A stretch of DNA of 57,860 bases, the filler included, from Sphacelaria rigidula (taxonomy: Eukaryota): NCBI GenBank assembly GCA_964200075.2. It is 6 parts of 6 records of this genome, joined end to end, with 100 filler letters (N's around TTAATTAATTAA, not from the genome) between each part and the next. Parts side by side here need not be neighbours in the genome. Positions count along the whole stretch, not along the records: positions 19,323 to 28,883 come from CAXNAA020008221.1; positions 28,984 to 38,543 come from CAXNAA020008222.1; 4 more parts are not named here. One strand, given 5' to 3'. Each line of letters begins with the position of its first letter. The stretch's first letter is position 1. Positions 23,654 to 36,443 of this stretch are shown in pieces. The notes under the pieces were generated by a model. That model worked only from the letters and a program-made list of their open reading frames with translations. It ran no database searches and was not told where the DNA came from. Position numbers and translations under genes: made by a program.

Positions 23654-24467
23654 GTACGTGTGAGGCACCGTGCTTCGCTATCTGCCAGTTTTCCCGACCT
23701 TCTGATGTGCACCAGCAACCTGCATGCCACCAGAGAGGAGGGATGTGGGATATAAGTTGAAGAGGATCACTTTCAGCAGCTACGCCTTTGTCAAAAATGT
23801 GCAGCTCATTGCGCTATACTTGGTACGGGTACGGCGTTGTGAATTACAGTAAGTCTGGACGTTTCCTTTCTGCGTGTTAAGCAAACAGCTGGGCATGCAC
23901 CCGCCCGATCCTCTTCCGTTTCCCCGTCATTACTAGAGCCTGGGGATGCCTTGCAGCTATCGTCGGAATGCCGTGCAAATATAGATAGAGCAAGTGTTTT
24001 TATATAGAAACGCTGCGTGTGTGTGGTTTCGAGGGTATTCCCGCATTTCGGAGGTGTTAAAATGTGCGCCACTTTGGTGCAAACAAAGTGACCGCTAGAA
24101 CTGGCCCACCATGCTCTTGATTATCACCTTCTTGGCGTTCGAATCTGACACACATAATTTGAACAGGACACACTTGGGTGCTAGAACTGGCACCAACATA
24201 CACGTTAAACGGCTACGAAAATATACCACAAAACGTCAACACTTGAATTTGCTTTGTATTCCGACTCACGGGGGTCATGTATCGTGAGAAAACCTGGGGA
24301 ACCGGCCATCTGGAAGACAGGACTAGTCAGGAATGACAATTTCTGCAACATTGAACCTACCTGACACGAGTGCAGGGACGATTTACGCTACGAACGTCTG
24401 GCATTTGACAGCCCAGCTTATGCTCATAACGCCGAAACTACTCACTTCCACTTCTTCGCCCCGGCAG

Positions 24468-25877
24468 AGTCTGCAACAGCGAGTATGGGAAGCGGAGTTT
24501 TCTTCATCCGCGAGTCCATCGCGGATCCTGCCACCCGCGGGGGTTTTCAGGCGCCGATCCTCACGTGGAGAAACATCCTCCCCGCTTGCGGACAGAGAAA
24601 ACAATGATCCGCTCATGCCCCGAGAAGCAAGCGGGCGGACAAAGGACAACGACTACCACGACAATGAGAGCGGCGATGCACAAGCTTCACACCCCTGCTC
24701 GTGCTCGGCAGAAACAGACGCCGACAGCCGATGGAGCGGCCGAAGGTCGATGGAGGACCGACGAAGTACGTCGGACCTGCGTAGAGCCAGGATAGAATGC
24801 GCTCAGCCCCTCGGAACTGCAAAGCTTCTTTTCGACGAGGACCTCACACACCAAAACAGCGATGGCAGTGGTGCTCCCCAATTTTCGCAAACAGGATACG
24901 TCTTCCGCTTCTCTCACTCTGCCCGGGCGTGGAGGAGGTCGCCGCGTCGAAGTATATGCGATAAAAACGCTAGCGGTGCCCCCGGCATAAGGCTGGATAG
25001 AGCCCTGAGAAGGACTTCTTCCAGCCCGTATCCGTACAAACTGGGTGAAGATGTCGAAGTTAACGAGAGAAATCGCCACTATATGGGCATCGTTCGCGGA
25101 TGTAGAGCTGACCCTCCCCCCGAGTGTTATGTTCATAGCAGTGGCAGCAGCTGCAGCAGTGGGAGTAGCAACAACACCCCAAACAAGAAAAGCTCCCCCC
25201 AAGACGAGGACTCTTGCATGCCGTCTCGAGATGCCGGTGCGGTCGGTATCACTGCCGACAACATTACCTCCACAGGCGAGGGGACCCCGACGGAACATGC
25301 CGCAGTCGGTGGGAACCTGACGGGGACAAAAGTAGCCGGCCATAGAGAAAGAGGATCCCTCCGTCACACCGCCGGGCTCCATCCCGCGGTACCCCCACCA
25401 CACTACCCACCGCCGCATTCAAGTGAATCTTTCAGCAAATGCCAGTTGTCGGCAGTACTACCCTTCAGCAATAACCAGCCGTCGGCACACCTATCCTTCG
25501 AGGCCGCAGCTTGGTCGCGATCGAAGCGGATCGGCCGCCATTGGAGGAGCAACAGCACTGCCGCCAAGGCGCCTCAGAGGGAAGCACCAAGTGAAAAATT
25601 AGGTGGAAGGTGGGGTGACAGCGACGATAGAAAAAATAGTCAGCGGTGGGCACCACAGGAGAGGGGCGCGGCGACCCCGCGCGTTTGTCGTGATGGGCAG
25701 AGGAATTGTGCCGGGCGCGGTGATGTTGGCAGCCCGATTAACCTGGCTATGGGGTTGTCCTTTCGCACTGCTGAACGGCAGCGACGGAAAGGCGCGGATG
25801 TGGATTGTGGGATGCCGACGCGGACGCGGCGGTCAAGCTGTGGTAGTCCCATTCGTCCGATGAGTAGCCCTTCGCAG
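24468..25877 (+). CDS. Hypothetical protein, long Ser/Arg/Gly-rich (probably disordered) exon
   Basis: 1410 nt open frame bounded by a pyrimidine-rich ...ccggcag acceptor and a cag|gtgagg donor. Confidence 0.65.
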
Positions 25878-26114
25878 GTGAGGGCATAAGAGCGGAGACT
25901 AAGCGAATACTGACATGCGGTTGGCGGGTATTGCTATCACTACCAACGAGGCCGAGTTGGGACACACCTTCACTTAATCCAAGGAGGGGGAGGAATATGA
26001 AGCCGATGTATGACGTACTTGCATCTGTCTGTGGGAAGTGCGCTCGAAAGGGAACTCCTATTTTCATGCGGCCATTATTCTTGGTGAAAACTATAGACGG
26101 CCGCCGCCGCGATT

Positions 26115-26677
26115 GGGGGGGTTCACATGATCGTGCATGTCATAGTCACAGGACCGTTGAACTCGCATCCCCACAAGGCCGGAACGGAGCACGCCGGGTC
26201 TAGACCACGCTCGAAATCAATCACCAAGCGTGAAGCGCCGTGATGTGTTCGGCGAGTCGCATGGAGGGTGTGCTGCATCCTGCTAAGATTGTTCGGCCTG
26301 AAGCGTACTGATTATCTTACATTTGGATGACAGCCTCCAATGAGTTGCTTCATTTTCTGGCAGCGCCACTTCTAGAGACAGCCACGTGCTACACTCATGG
26401 GTGTCTCACCATTTAAACATTACGTAGTATGATCATTCCCTCTCCGCGGAGTTGAGGTTCTTCCACGCCGCACGATATGATCTAGCTCGGCCACCATCAG
26501 GGTTGGGTTACCGCAAAACAAAAGGCAAGCGCGCAAAGAAATTGGTGATCTGGTTGTCTAGCTTACACCGTGAGCGGCATGTTTCACAGCGTCATCGCCA
26601 ACCGTCACCAACCCCATAGGGGGGTCCGTCCCTACAAAGCCGGGATGGAGCACGCCGGGTATTCGCCGGACCAGGTT
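26115..26677 (-). mobile_element. Family A full-length copy (intronic) with probable TSD
   Basis: Both copies of the ~48-bp internal direct repeat are present; flanks read ccgcgattgggg and ccgcgatgggg. Confidence 0.9.
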
Positions 26678-27158
26678 CCGCGATGGGGTGAATTAATTTT
26701 CTGAGCACGCTGCCGGAGCTTGTGAGAATATTCTCGTTGCATGATGAGCAGCTAACTTATCGACGGCGAAGGCTTAGGTGGCGAGGTTAGGCTAGGCAAC
26801 ACGCATGCAGCGCAGAACGTGCCTCCTTCATCCCTCTTGTGCCGATCCTGGGATTTCCTGCTCCACGTGCAGTACAACCAGCTGCTACCTCCCCGTTTGC
26901 AAAACACGATGAACACGGATGGGTAGGCCCCACGCAGCGATGATTACCACGTGTGACTCGTAGCTCCTGTACGTATTCGTTATTTCTTCCTCACTGTTCC
27001 TCACTGTACAAGCCTACGTGTAGAATGTTCGGCCGTAGACACCGTCACCACGCAACATACAGACTCTCTTGGCGTCGACTGGCCAAACAGACACGATCGC
27101 TTTCTTACCCACCGTCGGTTTCTTGGAACATGGTTTTTGAACGCGACACGCTGCGCAG

Positions 27159-28312
27159 AGCGCACCGCAAAGACGAGGTGGCGACGACACACGGTCGGCT
27201 GAACACGGACAACGCGGAAACGATATCGCTGGCGGCACGCCGGGGAAGGCAACACACCAAGGCGCGACGGGTGAGAGCTCTGCGGGAAGGAGTGGTGGGT
27301 GCATGACGTCGGCGACGGTTGGTCGGTTGAAGCAGGCGGAGGTTGCGACTGGGATAGAACCTCCACTAGGGCGCAGTTCACGAAGGGAGAAATGCGCACG
27401 GCTGACTGCCAAGGAGAATCATCGCGATATCATTACAGGCGAGAAACGTTACAGCCCCGCAGGCCACGGGGAAGCATGCGACGAGCCTTCTGGCATGCCA
27501 CCACGATTAGAGGCGGCCATAGGTGCTGCTACCGGTGCGGACAGAGAGGACAGCGGAGAGGAGAAAAACGTTTCTTGCAAAACCTTAGAATGCAGAGCGG
27601 ATTGTGGACGTGGGGCGGAGGCGCGGGTGATAGCCGATAGTCTTGGCAGCGGCAGCGGCAGTGAATGCATAATTGCACAACGAGAAACGCATGCAGCCAC
27701 GCAATTCGGGAGTAGTGTTGCATCCGTATCTTTTATCCGGCCTTCCGCCGCAATTAGCGGAAAGCCTCGGAATGTTCCTCGCCAGAGCTTCGGACCACCG
27801 ACTTCGGGCTATTGCCGCAATTGCTGTAGTAGATTTTCGACACCAAGCGAGGGCGACGGTACTCCGAGGCGGCGGGAAAAAATCTCGCTATTCGTGCCGT
27901 CACGTAAGGGGTGGGCAGGGCCGGGAATTTTCTCGAGTCCTTCGGATCCGTCGGCGGTGGTGTCACCTCCTGCGAGAGTAGGCAGCTCTGATGATGCCTC
28001 TGCGTCCACTGCGACCACGTTTCCGTTCAGCACCCCCGGGTTCATGAGTACCGTGTCGGCCGTGCGGGATAGTTCTGGCGTGGGGCGTGAGAGCAGGAGG
28101 ACGGGGAGCGCAGGAGGATCGCAGCTGCAGCAGCAACAGCAGAAGCAGCAACAACAGCAACAGAAGCAGCAGCAACAGAAGCAACAGCAGCAGAAGCAAC
28201 AGCGGCAGCCATCACCATGCCAGATGTCTTCTGCGTCGCAGCGGTGCGGAAGGGGTTGGAGTGCGCGGAGCTCAAACAACGAGCGAGGCTACCAGTCCGA
28301 AACTTGTGCTTT
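27159..28312 (+). CDS. Hypothetical protein, next long exon with poly-Q tract
   Basis: gcgcag acceptor in phase 0 (matches the donor at 25877), open for ~385 codons, gtgagt donor at 28313 (or stop at 28314-28316). Q/K repeat at ~28122-28208. Confidence 0.6.
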
Positions 28313-28515
28313 GTGAGTAATGATTCATATCCCCGGGGGATGTAATAAGTTTGCGGCAATGCTGCGTGGATGAACGTTTGCACATGTTTTGTTCAGATCT
28401 GTGCGCGTTCACACGCAGATATGTCGTCGCCAATTGGAGGTCGAAAAAAAACTTTTCCGATCGTCGTCGGAGAGGGAGGAGGGGAGGGGGGGCGGGGGGG
28501 CGTGGGGGCGGGGGC

Positions 28516-28793
28516 GTACTCATTTGTTGCTTGCCTTGGTCAGTTGACCGTTGAACGCGCATCCCTTTTGAGACGGAGAACCGCTCCTATTCCTAATAGA
28601 GGCACCTCCAACACTTGGGCGCTCATTACGTCACGTTTCTTCCATGCAACACACAATAGCCTTTTACGTAAAATCTTATCCCATTCCTTCTTCGCCGTCA
28701 GTGGCCACCGTTTATCTTCTACTGTACTACCTAAAGTACCAAACGACTTCATGCCACATTCGTTCAGGTTGCAGATTCCCCCCTATAACACGC
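28516..28793 (-). mobile_element. 5'-truncated LINE 3' end
   Basis: Homologous to 11770-12050; minus ORF MKSFGTL...RWPLTAKKEWDKI...WKKR; preceded on + by a long G-rich tract. Confidence 0.85.
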
Positions 28794-28817
28794 CCGCCTA
28801 CAATAGTCTGAACACAT

Positions 28818-28883
28818 TAGCCTGGTCCGGCGAGAACCCGGCGTGCTACGTCCCGGCTTTGTAGGGGCGGACCCCCGATGGGG
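28818..28883 (+). mobile_element. Family A 5' end (cut by contig end)
   Basis: TAGCCTGGTCCGGCGAGAACCCGGCGTGC... Confidence 0.85.
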
Positions 28884-28983
28884 NNNNNNNNNNNNNNNNN
28901 NNNNNNNNNNNNNNNNNNNNNNNNNNNTTAATTAATTAANNNNNNNNNNNNNNNNNNNNNNNNNNNNNNNNNNNNNNNNNNNN
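28884..28983. other. Artificial contig linker
   Basis: N44-TTAATTAATTAA-N44. Confidence 0.98.
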
Positions 28984-29036
28984 TGGTCTGATGACTATGG
29001 CATGCATGATCATGAGTACACCCCCCGCCCCCCCCG
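28984..29036 (+). mobile_element. Family A 3' end (cut by contig start)
   Basis: ...gcatgatcatgagtacaccccccgccccccccg. Confidence 0.8.
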
Positions 29037-29353
29037 TTCTCTCCACCCTAATGGCGGCAGTCGAGCCATTACACCACCGGGGCGCAGTAGGATGTGAAAA
29101 TACATTAACCACCACATTACACTACGGAGAGAGTGCGAAATGCGAGAGAACATTGTCAAAGTGACCGCATTCATGGTACGATACGCTGCCGCTCTCGTGC
29201 CTATGCCCCGATACTCATGAATTATTTTCTCGATTTCTTGTCGGTGCCTTTGCTCTCGGAACGGATTTACTGCTCTTGGACGCGTGTGGACCCTGACCGG
29301 CGCTGGCTGCTGCGCTCGTGTGTCGGGCCGACACCTGTACGGCGTGACTACAG

Positions 29354-29414
29354 CGGTTTTTAAGGGAGGCAGTGCTGTGGGTCTTCTACAGCATCACCGG
29401 CGTCGACGTGTTTG
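29354..29414 (+). CDS. OMA1: M48 metallopeptidase (OMA1-like), probable transmembrane exon
   Basis: tacag acceptor, gtcagt donor; RFLREAVLWVFYSITGVDVF-G joins the exon at 32311 in phase 1. Confidence 0.55.
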
Positions 29415-29515
29415 GTCAGTCTAGATTATTGCTTTCCCGCGGTCTGGATGGCGGCGTAGTCATTTGCTGTACAGAGACCACGGTACCGGCGTCATTTCTC
29501 AGTTTTTGGATACTA

Positions 29516-31297
29516 AAGAGTTTCGGAAACACAAAACCGACCGGTAAAACTCAGGGTGAGGGTTTAGAAGTTGAGATTTAAGGCCAGGATATGACGAATT
29601 CCCCTAGGTAGACCTCGGGAACTGAACCCTGAGAAGAGACATGCACAGCAACTCAGGATTAAATTTCAAATTTTCAAATAAACCCTGAGTTGCTGAACAC
29701 CCCAAGGGGTTGATGCCACACTCAGGGTCATGAAACGGACCTAGACACCTTGCCCCATAACGACCAAGGTTACAGAACACAGCCCTAGGACAAATATCGT
29801 AAGTGAGGGGATGGCGGATGCCGTGAACGCCCGGGACAGCGCTGGTGATGGCAGCTCGTTCACGAGGGTGACCCAAGACTACGAGGAGCATTTGAAGGCG
29901 AACGGAGGAGCCGAGACACCAGTCGACCTATGATGATGCGAAAGAGGGGGAGTCGGCCGCTCTAGCAGCTACTACAAGGACTTGACAAAATGGCCACCCA
30001 ACGTGAAGCTCGCGTTAGCTCGCGTTAGCTCGCGCAGGTACACCACCGTTATGTGGCCATTTTGTCGAGATCCTCGTAGCGTCTGCATAAGTGGCCCACT
30101 TCAGCCCTTGCACGTCATCTTTAGCCAGGTCGACAGGTGTCTCTGTTCTCCCGTTCGCCTCCACGCAGCTATGAATACTGCGTATAGTGAACCTTTCTCG
30201 AGAACTACTGTACTTTCCCAAGATATGCGAACGCACACACACCGGCATGTGCACACTTGTACTACAGACAGTAGTACAGTATACAACACTTACTACAGGA
30301 AGCGTACAAAACTGTCTACAGACAGTACAGTCAGTGCAACAACAGCACAACAACAACAGTACAACTCTCAGCTGTCTCAACTCAATAGTGCTGTACGACA
30401 CACCGACATGTGCAGGACTTGTGAATGACTAGCGGGCGCCCAGGTGCACTGCTGTGTACCCAACGCTGTGTACTGTGTCGGGGGTTCGTATCCGGAGGCT
30501 GTGTTGACGATACCGTGTATGTAAGTTGTCGTCCCATCTATTCTGGGCGCCGGTCTACGCCTCGCGGTATACGTTGGCGCATCAGCCGGGGTCACACAGG
30601 AGGAGGGCCAACACAGGAGTTTTTTCATTTCATCTTTTGTTTGCTTTCAGTACTCCACCTTTCTTCTGCGGTGTTTGCCTTTACATTTCATCGCGAGAGG
30701 GGTTTAGCGGTCCCTTTCTCTCGTCAACCGTTAAGTCGAATATACTGCTGTCGCGTATTCAACGGTACGGGGACGGCATAAACATTTCAAGTCATGCTGG
30801 GATAGGACAGGGGGTATTGTGGGCCGTTGCTTCCACTAAATTCAACTTCGAATCGATTTCAGGAGCAACGATCTTCAGAACGGGCGTGTTGCCGATAAAT
30901 AACGCTCATTCATACTGCTTGACGCCGTTTTACCCAAATACACGCGCACGGCGGGTGTATTGGATTGTTCGCAACATCTTTGAGTCTTTTCCCCCTGGAA
31001 TCAAACACCCAATCTATGGTAGCACGGCTCTGTACATGCTCTCGTGCGCTGTACAGGTAACACCGCATGGGTGGGCGCAGAGTACAAACGCTGAAAGCAC
31101 GGCGCGACTCGTACCCTTTCAACTCATGACGCCGACCACGTGGCATTCGGAACAGAAAAAAAAAAACATGAAAAGGTAGCCTCGGTCCACACCTACGTGG
31201 TAAAATAAAACAGAAACAAACCTGGGGTTTAAGCATCAACAACCCTGTCGTTTCTCGCTGTTATCCCTGAGTTCTGATGTTTTTTTCCGAAACTCTC
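29516..31297. mobile_element. Possible TIR element (or two inverted ends of one family)
   Basis: TA|AAGAGTTTCGGAAA...aactcaggg on the left and ccctgagtt...TTTCCGAAACTCTC|TA on the right; several internal ccctgag/ctcaggg motifs. Confidence 0.45.
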
Positions 31298-32310
31298 TAC
31301 TGCTGTGAAATACATGGCTGGAAATTTTGCAGCGCCCAAATACTAGACGTACAGCACCATCTCTTCATTTCCCCTAGTTTCTCTCTCGTCAGCTTTACTT
31401 TGAGTATTTATCGCATTCCATCGGATTCCAAGTCGGCGATGATGTAGCTGCCGACGCGCCCCGGTGACCTTGCTGGTACAGTATAACTGAAACTTAGGGG
31501 CCTGAGTAGCCGACACAATGTAGTTGACGAGAGTCCATGTGGTGTAAGACTATTGGTCGTGATCCAATCCGCGATAACATAATGTCAGGCTTCTCCAGTG
31601 GTAGGGATGGGTTGATGGATCCCTCCAGACTAAAGTAAGGACTCATACCTAGGAAGGACGGGGGTTGAAAATATGTCCAGAAAGAAAAAAAGAGCATGAC
31701 CACCAGAGGGTGGCATATTCCGCGGTCCTGTCACCACACGACTATGGGCAATCTATTGAATCGCTATATTCCCATTTGAAAGATGGAGTACGATCTACGA
31801 TGATCTACGATCCAGATCGCGCACACTCGTGGTGAGTAAGTGTTTTGAACGGGCTCTGAAGGTGATTTACCGCAGCTGCAGAAGGTGGCCTGATATCCAT
31901 GAATCCTCGATACAGTAGGTGACCTGATGTTGTCTACCCCGTTCGTATGGAGCGTGGAGTGGTGTCCAGGCAGCTCTGCGAATCTGCCGATATTTATTTT
32001 GTTTTGTTCGAGTTACCGCTTGCTCAATTTCTCCGATTCGCGGTCAATTCTTGTAGTTCAGTGAGTGATCCTCGACACTTGAGCCAACTTTAGTGAAGAG
32101 GTTTGACTGCCTCGGCAGCTCATCTACTCAAAATGAAAGAACCTCCACCCCTCCCCTCTTGAGGGCCAGAATATAACTGGGGGTATAGTGCAGTATTGAC
32201 GATATGCAGTACCCCTTGTCCACCAGGAACTATTTTAGTTGCGACCGTTTCCGCTCTGACGTCGCTTCGCATGTGTGTGCTTGTGTGTGTGCTTGTCTGC
32301 TGTGCACCAG

Positions 32311-32363
32311 GCCTAGGAAACGTTGCCGGCACTTTTTTTTTCGATCTGCCTAACTCTAGGGAG
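32311..32363 (+). CDS. OMA1: M48 metallopeptidase (OMA1-like) exon
   Basis: accag / gtgagg boundaries; LGNVAGTFFFDLPNSRE. Confidence 0.8.
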
Positions 32364-32801
32364 GTGAGGGATTCCGACGATAGGTGTTCGTTTTCGACTT
32401 TGTTTCGCACCTTTGTCGGTAGTGCCAGTATCATCGGCATGACAGTGGGTTGCGTTCTCGTGACAAACGTAGAGAGGGTACACACGACTTGACCCATAAA
32501 ACAGACGAGAAGATACTGTAGACCATAAATAACACCCTGTATGATGAGCGGCTGAGACAATGAACGTCATCGGAGCTGATCCGGCAGTCCTTGACTTATT
32601 TCACGTTTTTTCCAAGACGTACTTGTTTTTGTTTTCATGGTTTTGAGCCGGTGTGACGTTGCGCCTCTCCCCTGCACTTCATTTCACTTCTTGTATACTT
32701 CACTCGTTTCCCTTTTTTGTTGTTGCTGTACATCTCCATGTGTTTTGTTTTTGTTGTTGGTTCGTATGGCCATGTTCGGGGTGTCTTTGTTTCTTGAACA
32801 G

Positions 32802-32876
32802 ATGGAGCGCGAAGCTGATTTTATCGGCCTGCAGCTCATGGCCAAGGCGTGCTTCGACCCCCACGAGATGCCCAAG
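32802..32876 (+). CDS. OMA1: M48 metallopeptidase (OMA1-like) exon with the third zinc-ligand motif
   Basis: aacag / gtacga boundaries; MEREADFIGLQLMAKACFDP completes LPxSRxxExEADxIG...ACxDP. The HExxH exon is not in this piece. Confidence 0.88.
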
Positions 32877-33519
32877 GTACGATACAACCAACCACCTAGC
32901 TGCTGTTTCTCACAGCGTGTTGTGCACAGCAGAAGAGGGTGATCTGTTTGTCTTAGCCGTTAGAGACGAATAGCACTGTGCTGATTCATCTGTAGTGGGC
33001 AGAGCGCTATGTTCAGTTCAGAGCATACTGAATTAATAGTAGTCGGTTCTTGGATGTGATATGTTTACTGTGGTGTAATCGAATACATTTCTCCCCGACC
33101 TTATTGATCGCAGCGCCCACCGCGCTTGAATTCAACAAAGTCGACAGCACCTGACAGGCGACTTCCTAAGGTGCCATCCGATTGGTGCGTACTCTGCCGA
33201 GGTACAGGCACGCTCCACCTCTAAGGCTCGCCTGCTGAACTAATCGTGTGGTACTGTTGAATACTCAGTCCCCTTCCGTTGTCAAGCCTAGTTGCGGGGA
33301 CAGCTGTGAGGCAAACTATTTTGATGCAAGTCGACGGGTTGCTCGATAACGGAGTGCAAGGCGAGTAACGGAGGAGGGACGGGATGGACTGATTGGTGCC
33401 TCGACACACTACAGGCCCGGTTCAGGAAAGGGGTTTTGAAGGCATGACCACCCTTTCCCCCCAAAGCACCCTGTGGCGACTTTTTCCCGTTGCAATAGCC
33501 TCCGCGCCCCGTGGTCCAA

Positions 33520-33640
33520 TGTACTGTAATGCTGTAACGCTGTAATGGTGTACCTAAAACCATCAGGTCGAAATATTGCAGGTTCGAAATCCGGTAGGCG
33601 TATTCGACTGTTTTTTTTCATGTCTGTTTTCCGCCGTCAA
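33520..33640 (+). mobile_element. Possible tRNA-derived SINE head
   Basis: Box-B-like GGTTCGAAATCC at 33581 followed by a T-run; no cloverleaf. Confidence 0.35.
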
Positions 33641-35620
33641 ACGTGAGAATAGGAATGATGAAAAGATAGTATTCCACGAGAGTCGAGGCGGTGCAGGATT
33701 GCTGATGGTCATGATCCAATCCCCGACACCAAATTGCACGGTGCGTTCCGGGAGAGGTGGGTTGATTCCGTGATACAATATCACATCACGGAGTCGTCCC
33801 AGGGAAGGGGAAGGGTTGAAGGTGTGTATAAAAGAAACATGAAGAAAAATCTCATCGTAATGCCGGACAAGCTTGACAACACAAAGTGGCGTCGTTGATC
33901 GGTGAATTTTTGGGATCGGTTTTTCAGTAACTGAATGTTTTCGGACGGGATCGTGTTTCTCGAGAGAAGCAGGGGTTTTGACGTTGGCGGTGTTGTATTA
34001 TACTGTGTGTTATACTGTACCCCTTCCAGCTCGAACAATGTACACGCGCAGTGCCAATTGCTATTTCTGCTTGTCGTTGTCCATCGGAGAGGCCTACAAT
34101 GCGATGGAGTGCAAGCACCGATGTATCCTCTTCCGTTGTTGCGATCGTGTCACGTTGGATCTGCAGGAAAGAATCTCCGCAGAGCTGGCTGTGCAAGACG
34201 GGTTGATTGAAACAAAATATGGATTTCGGCAGCCTTCCATGTGCATACGAATATCTTCATCAAAACTTCGCTTGAAAAAAACGCATGCTTTCGCGGGTTC
34301 TTCCATATGTACACGGATGAATTCCGCGAGTGCTACACAACACAGTACGTTGCAGTGCGCTATCCTGCCTGGCTTGACAGTGCATGCGGGGTGTCGCTTG
34401 CACATGACAGCCTGCCTACACATGGCCACCGATATACAGGGTACACCCATCTACACTGAAAGTATCTGAATGCCGTGGAGCCTCGGGCATTTTGCACTGT
34501 GCTGCGCTACCGGGCAAAACTCCCGCTCGTCTTTCACGCTCGTAAATGCTGGAGAATAGTATATATCCTGCTGACCGACCGAATATTGGTGTATCTACAA
34601 CGGGCCGTATGCATACAAGTTCTGCTGCATGCTAAAGCCATCGGATATGCAGTGCTGCCGTTGCTTGTGCTGGTGCTTGTGCTGGTGCTAATGTATGTGC
34701 AGCACCGAGCTGCCACCTACTATACGTCAGGCGTAGGTTTAGATACGAGGTGTAATGACCGGTGGCAGCCGCAAGCGATCTCTTGAAGAGACTTTGTCGT
34801 TTGCGATGCTCGTGTGTATGTGCTGCTCCGTACTCTGGATGGGTTTGAGTCCGAGCTGGGGCTTTGTCGATCGTCGCCCCGTAGCAGAAGTAAGGCATGC
34901 GCCCAATCAACCACCCGACCCGACCTAAGATCCGATGAATTCACGTGCTCTTCAGTCTCTACGCTGGGTTAGTTGTATTGACATGAGGTAGCGCATTTTT
35001 CCATACATAGTACAGTACTACATTCCGATTTTCAGCGACATCATCTTTCATCCACTGACGGCCTCTCTTCCTGAGTCTGTTTGGTTTTTGGTTATCTCCC
35101 GTTCATGGAAGGTGATTGAAGTACAGAGTTGCCCGTGAAAGCACATGGCTGATATCCTGTGCCTTTTTTGCTTTTTGCTTTTGGTTGCCAGAGGGAATGC
35201 TGCCATGTACTGTAATTCGGCCAATTCGGCCACCCTCTCTTCCTCTCTTGTCGCGCAGTTGAAGTTCTTCCCTTCTTCATCTGAAGGGCTGAGATATACT
35301 TTGTATCTATTTTTACATATTTACATGCTATATTCCCTTCCATGTACAGTACGTAGTTCCTCCATACACATCTCTTCTCGGTAAATATTTTTCTTCACAC
35401 CTACTTGTCTCCATATGTACACATACTTCTTGAAGACATTTTTCCCAGGCATACAACTCTTGGTGTTCACCCATTTCGCGAGGAATTTCAAAAAGTGAAT
35501 AAACGCGCCGAACGCTGAGCCATTTCGCTTTTTATTTTTGCTTTCTCTCTTTTATATGTATATATGTATGTTTGTATCTGTACTCATTTTTTTCGTAATT
35601 GCGTGCGTCGTTCTGAACAG

Positions 35621-35743
35621 ACATTTGGTCGAATGCGAGAGGCTAACAAGAACAAAGCGCAAACGCCTGCCTACGCATCGACACATCCTACGGATGACGA
35701 ACGAATCGCCAAGCAGACCGAGTGGATGGACAGTGCTCAGCAG
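35621..35743 (+). CDS. OMA1: M48 metallopeptidase (OMA1-like) exon
   Basis: aacag / gtgtgc boundaries, phase 0; PAYASTHPTDDERI matches the STHPxxxxR motif. Confidence 0.88.
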
Positions 35744-36273
35744 GTGTGCGCATGCGTTCCCCCCCATCATGCAGTAAATCCAGCCGAGCTTCGGTAACAA
35801 CTTTTGACATGGAGTAGCATTGTGTAAACTCGACTGATGTTCGTCCTGCCCGTGCCCGATAGCGGTGCGGTACTCCTTTCGTCGTTTCCTCGATTTTTTT
35901 TTTTTTTATTTCCTTCAAGGAAGGAGGAAATCCCGCCCAATACTTACTCCGCAAGCGGGTTGGTGTGCCGTGTACCCTGAGGTACGGATTCACTGCCTCG
36001 TGGCAGTCATGTGGGGGGTATACGCCTCGAGCGTTCGCAAGCTTTGTTCAAGGCAGTGTGGGGATCCGACCCAGTAAAACCCCCTGTCAAGTTGGCGCCT
36101 TGCACGCACTGTCCTAACCGTACGCGCTTCGGCCCTAGAGTAGTTTCCTCTTGTGTCTTCTTCGATCAGCTGCCAAACTAAGTTGCTGTTCTCCCGCTGT
36201 ATCCCGTGTCTTTTTACTGCGGCCTCTCAAAGGGAACTTTGCGCGCCCACGACGCAGGTCATGATCCAGAGAC

Positions 36274-36443
36274 GATATATTCCCCACCCTGGGCAATATA
36301 TGGTCAAAAGTTGAAGCAGACAAAAATGTACTGCGCATAGTATTGGCTTATTGCAGCTATTGTCGTCGGCCTGTACTGTTCGCAGTGCATTTTTGTCTAT
36401 TGCAACTATATGGCCATATATATTGTCCAGCGTGGGAAATATC
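36274..36443. repeat. Fold-back inverted repeat (~70-bp imperfect arms, ~30-nt loop)
   Basis: gatatattccccaccctgggcaatatatggtca...cagacaaaaatgtactgcg pairs with cgcagtgcatttttgtcta...tggccatatatattgtccagcgtgggaaatatc. Confidence 0.8.

Noticed and set aside
28818-29036. Family A 5' end and 3' end on either side of a linker, suggesting true contiguity
   Set aside because: Contigs commonly break in this abundant repeat and are ordered by length, so the match is probably coincidental. The same applies to family C around 19223-19322.
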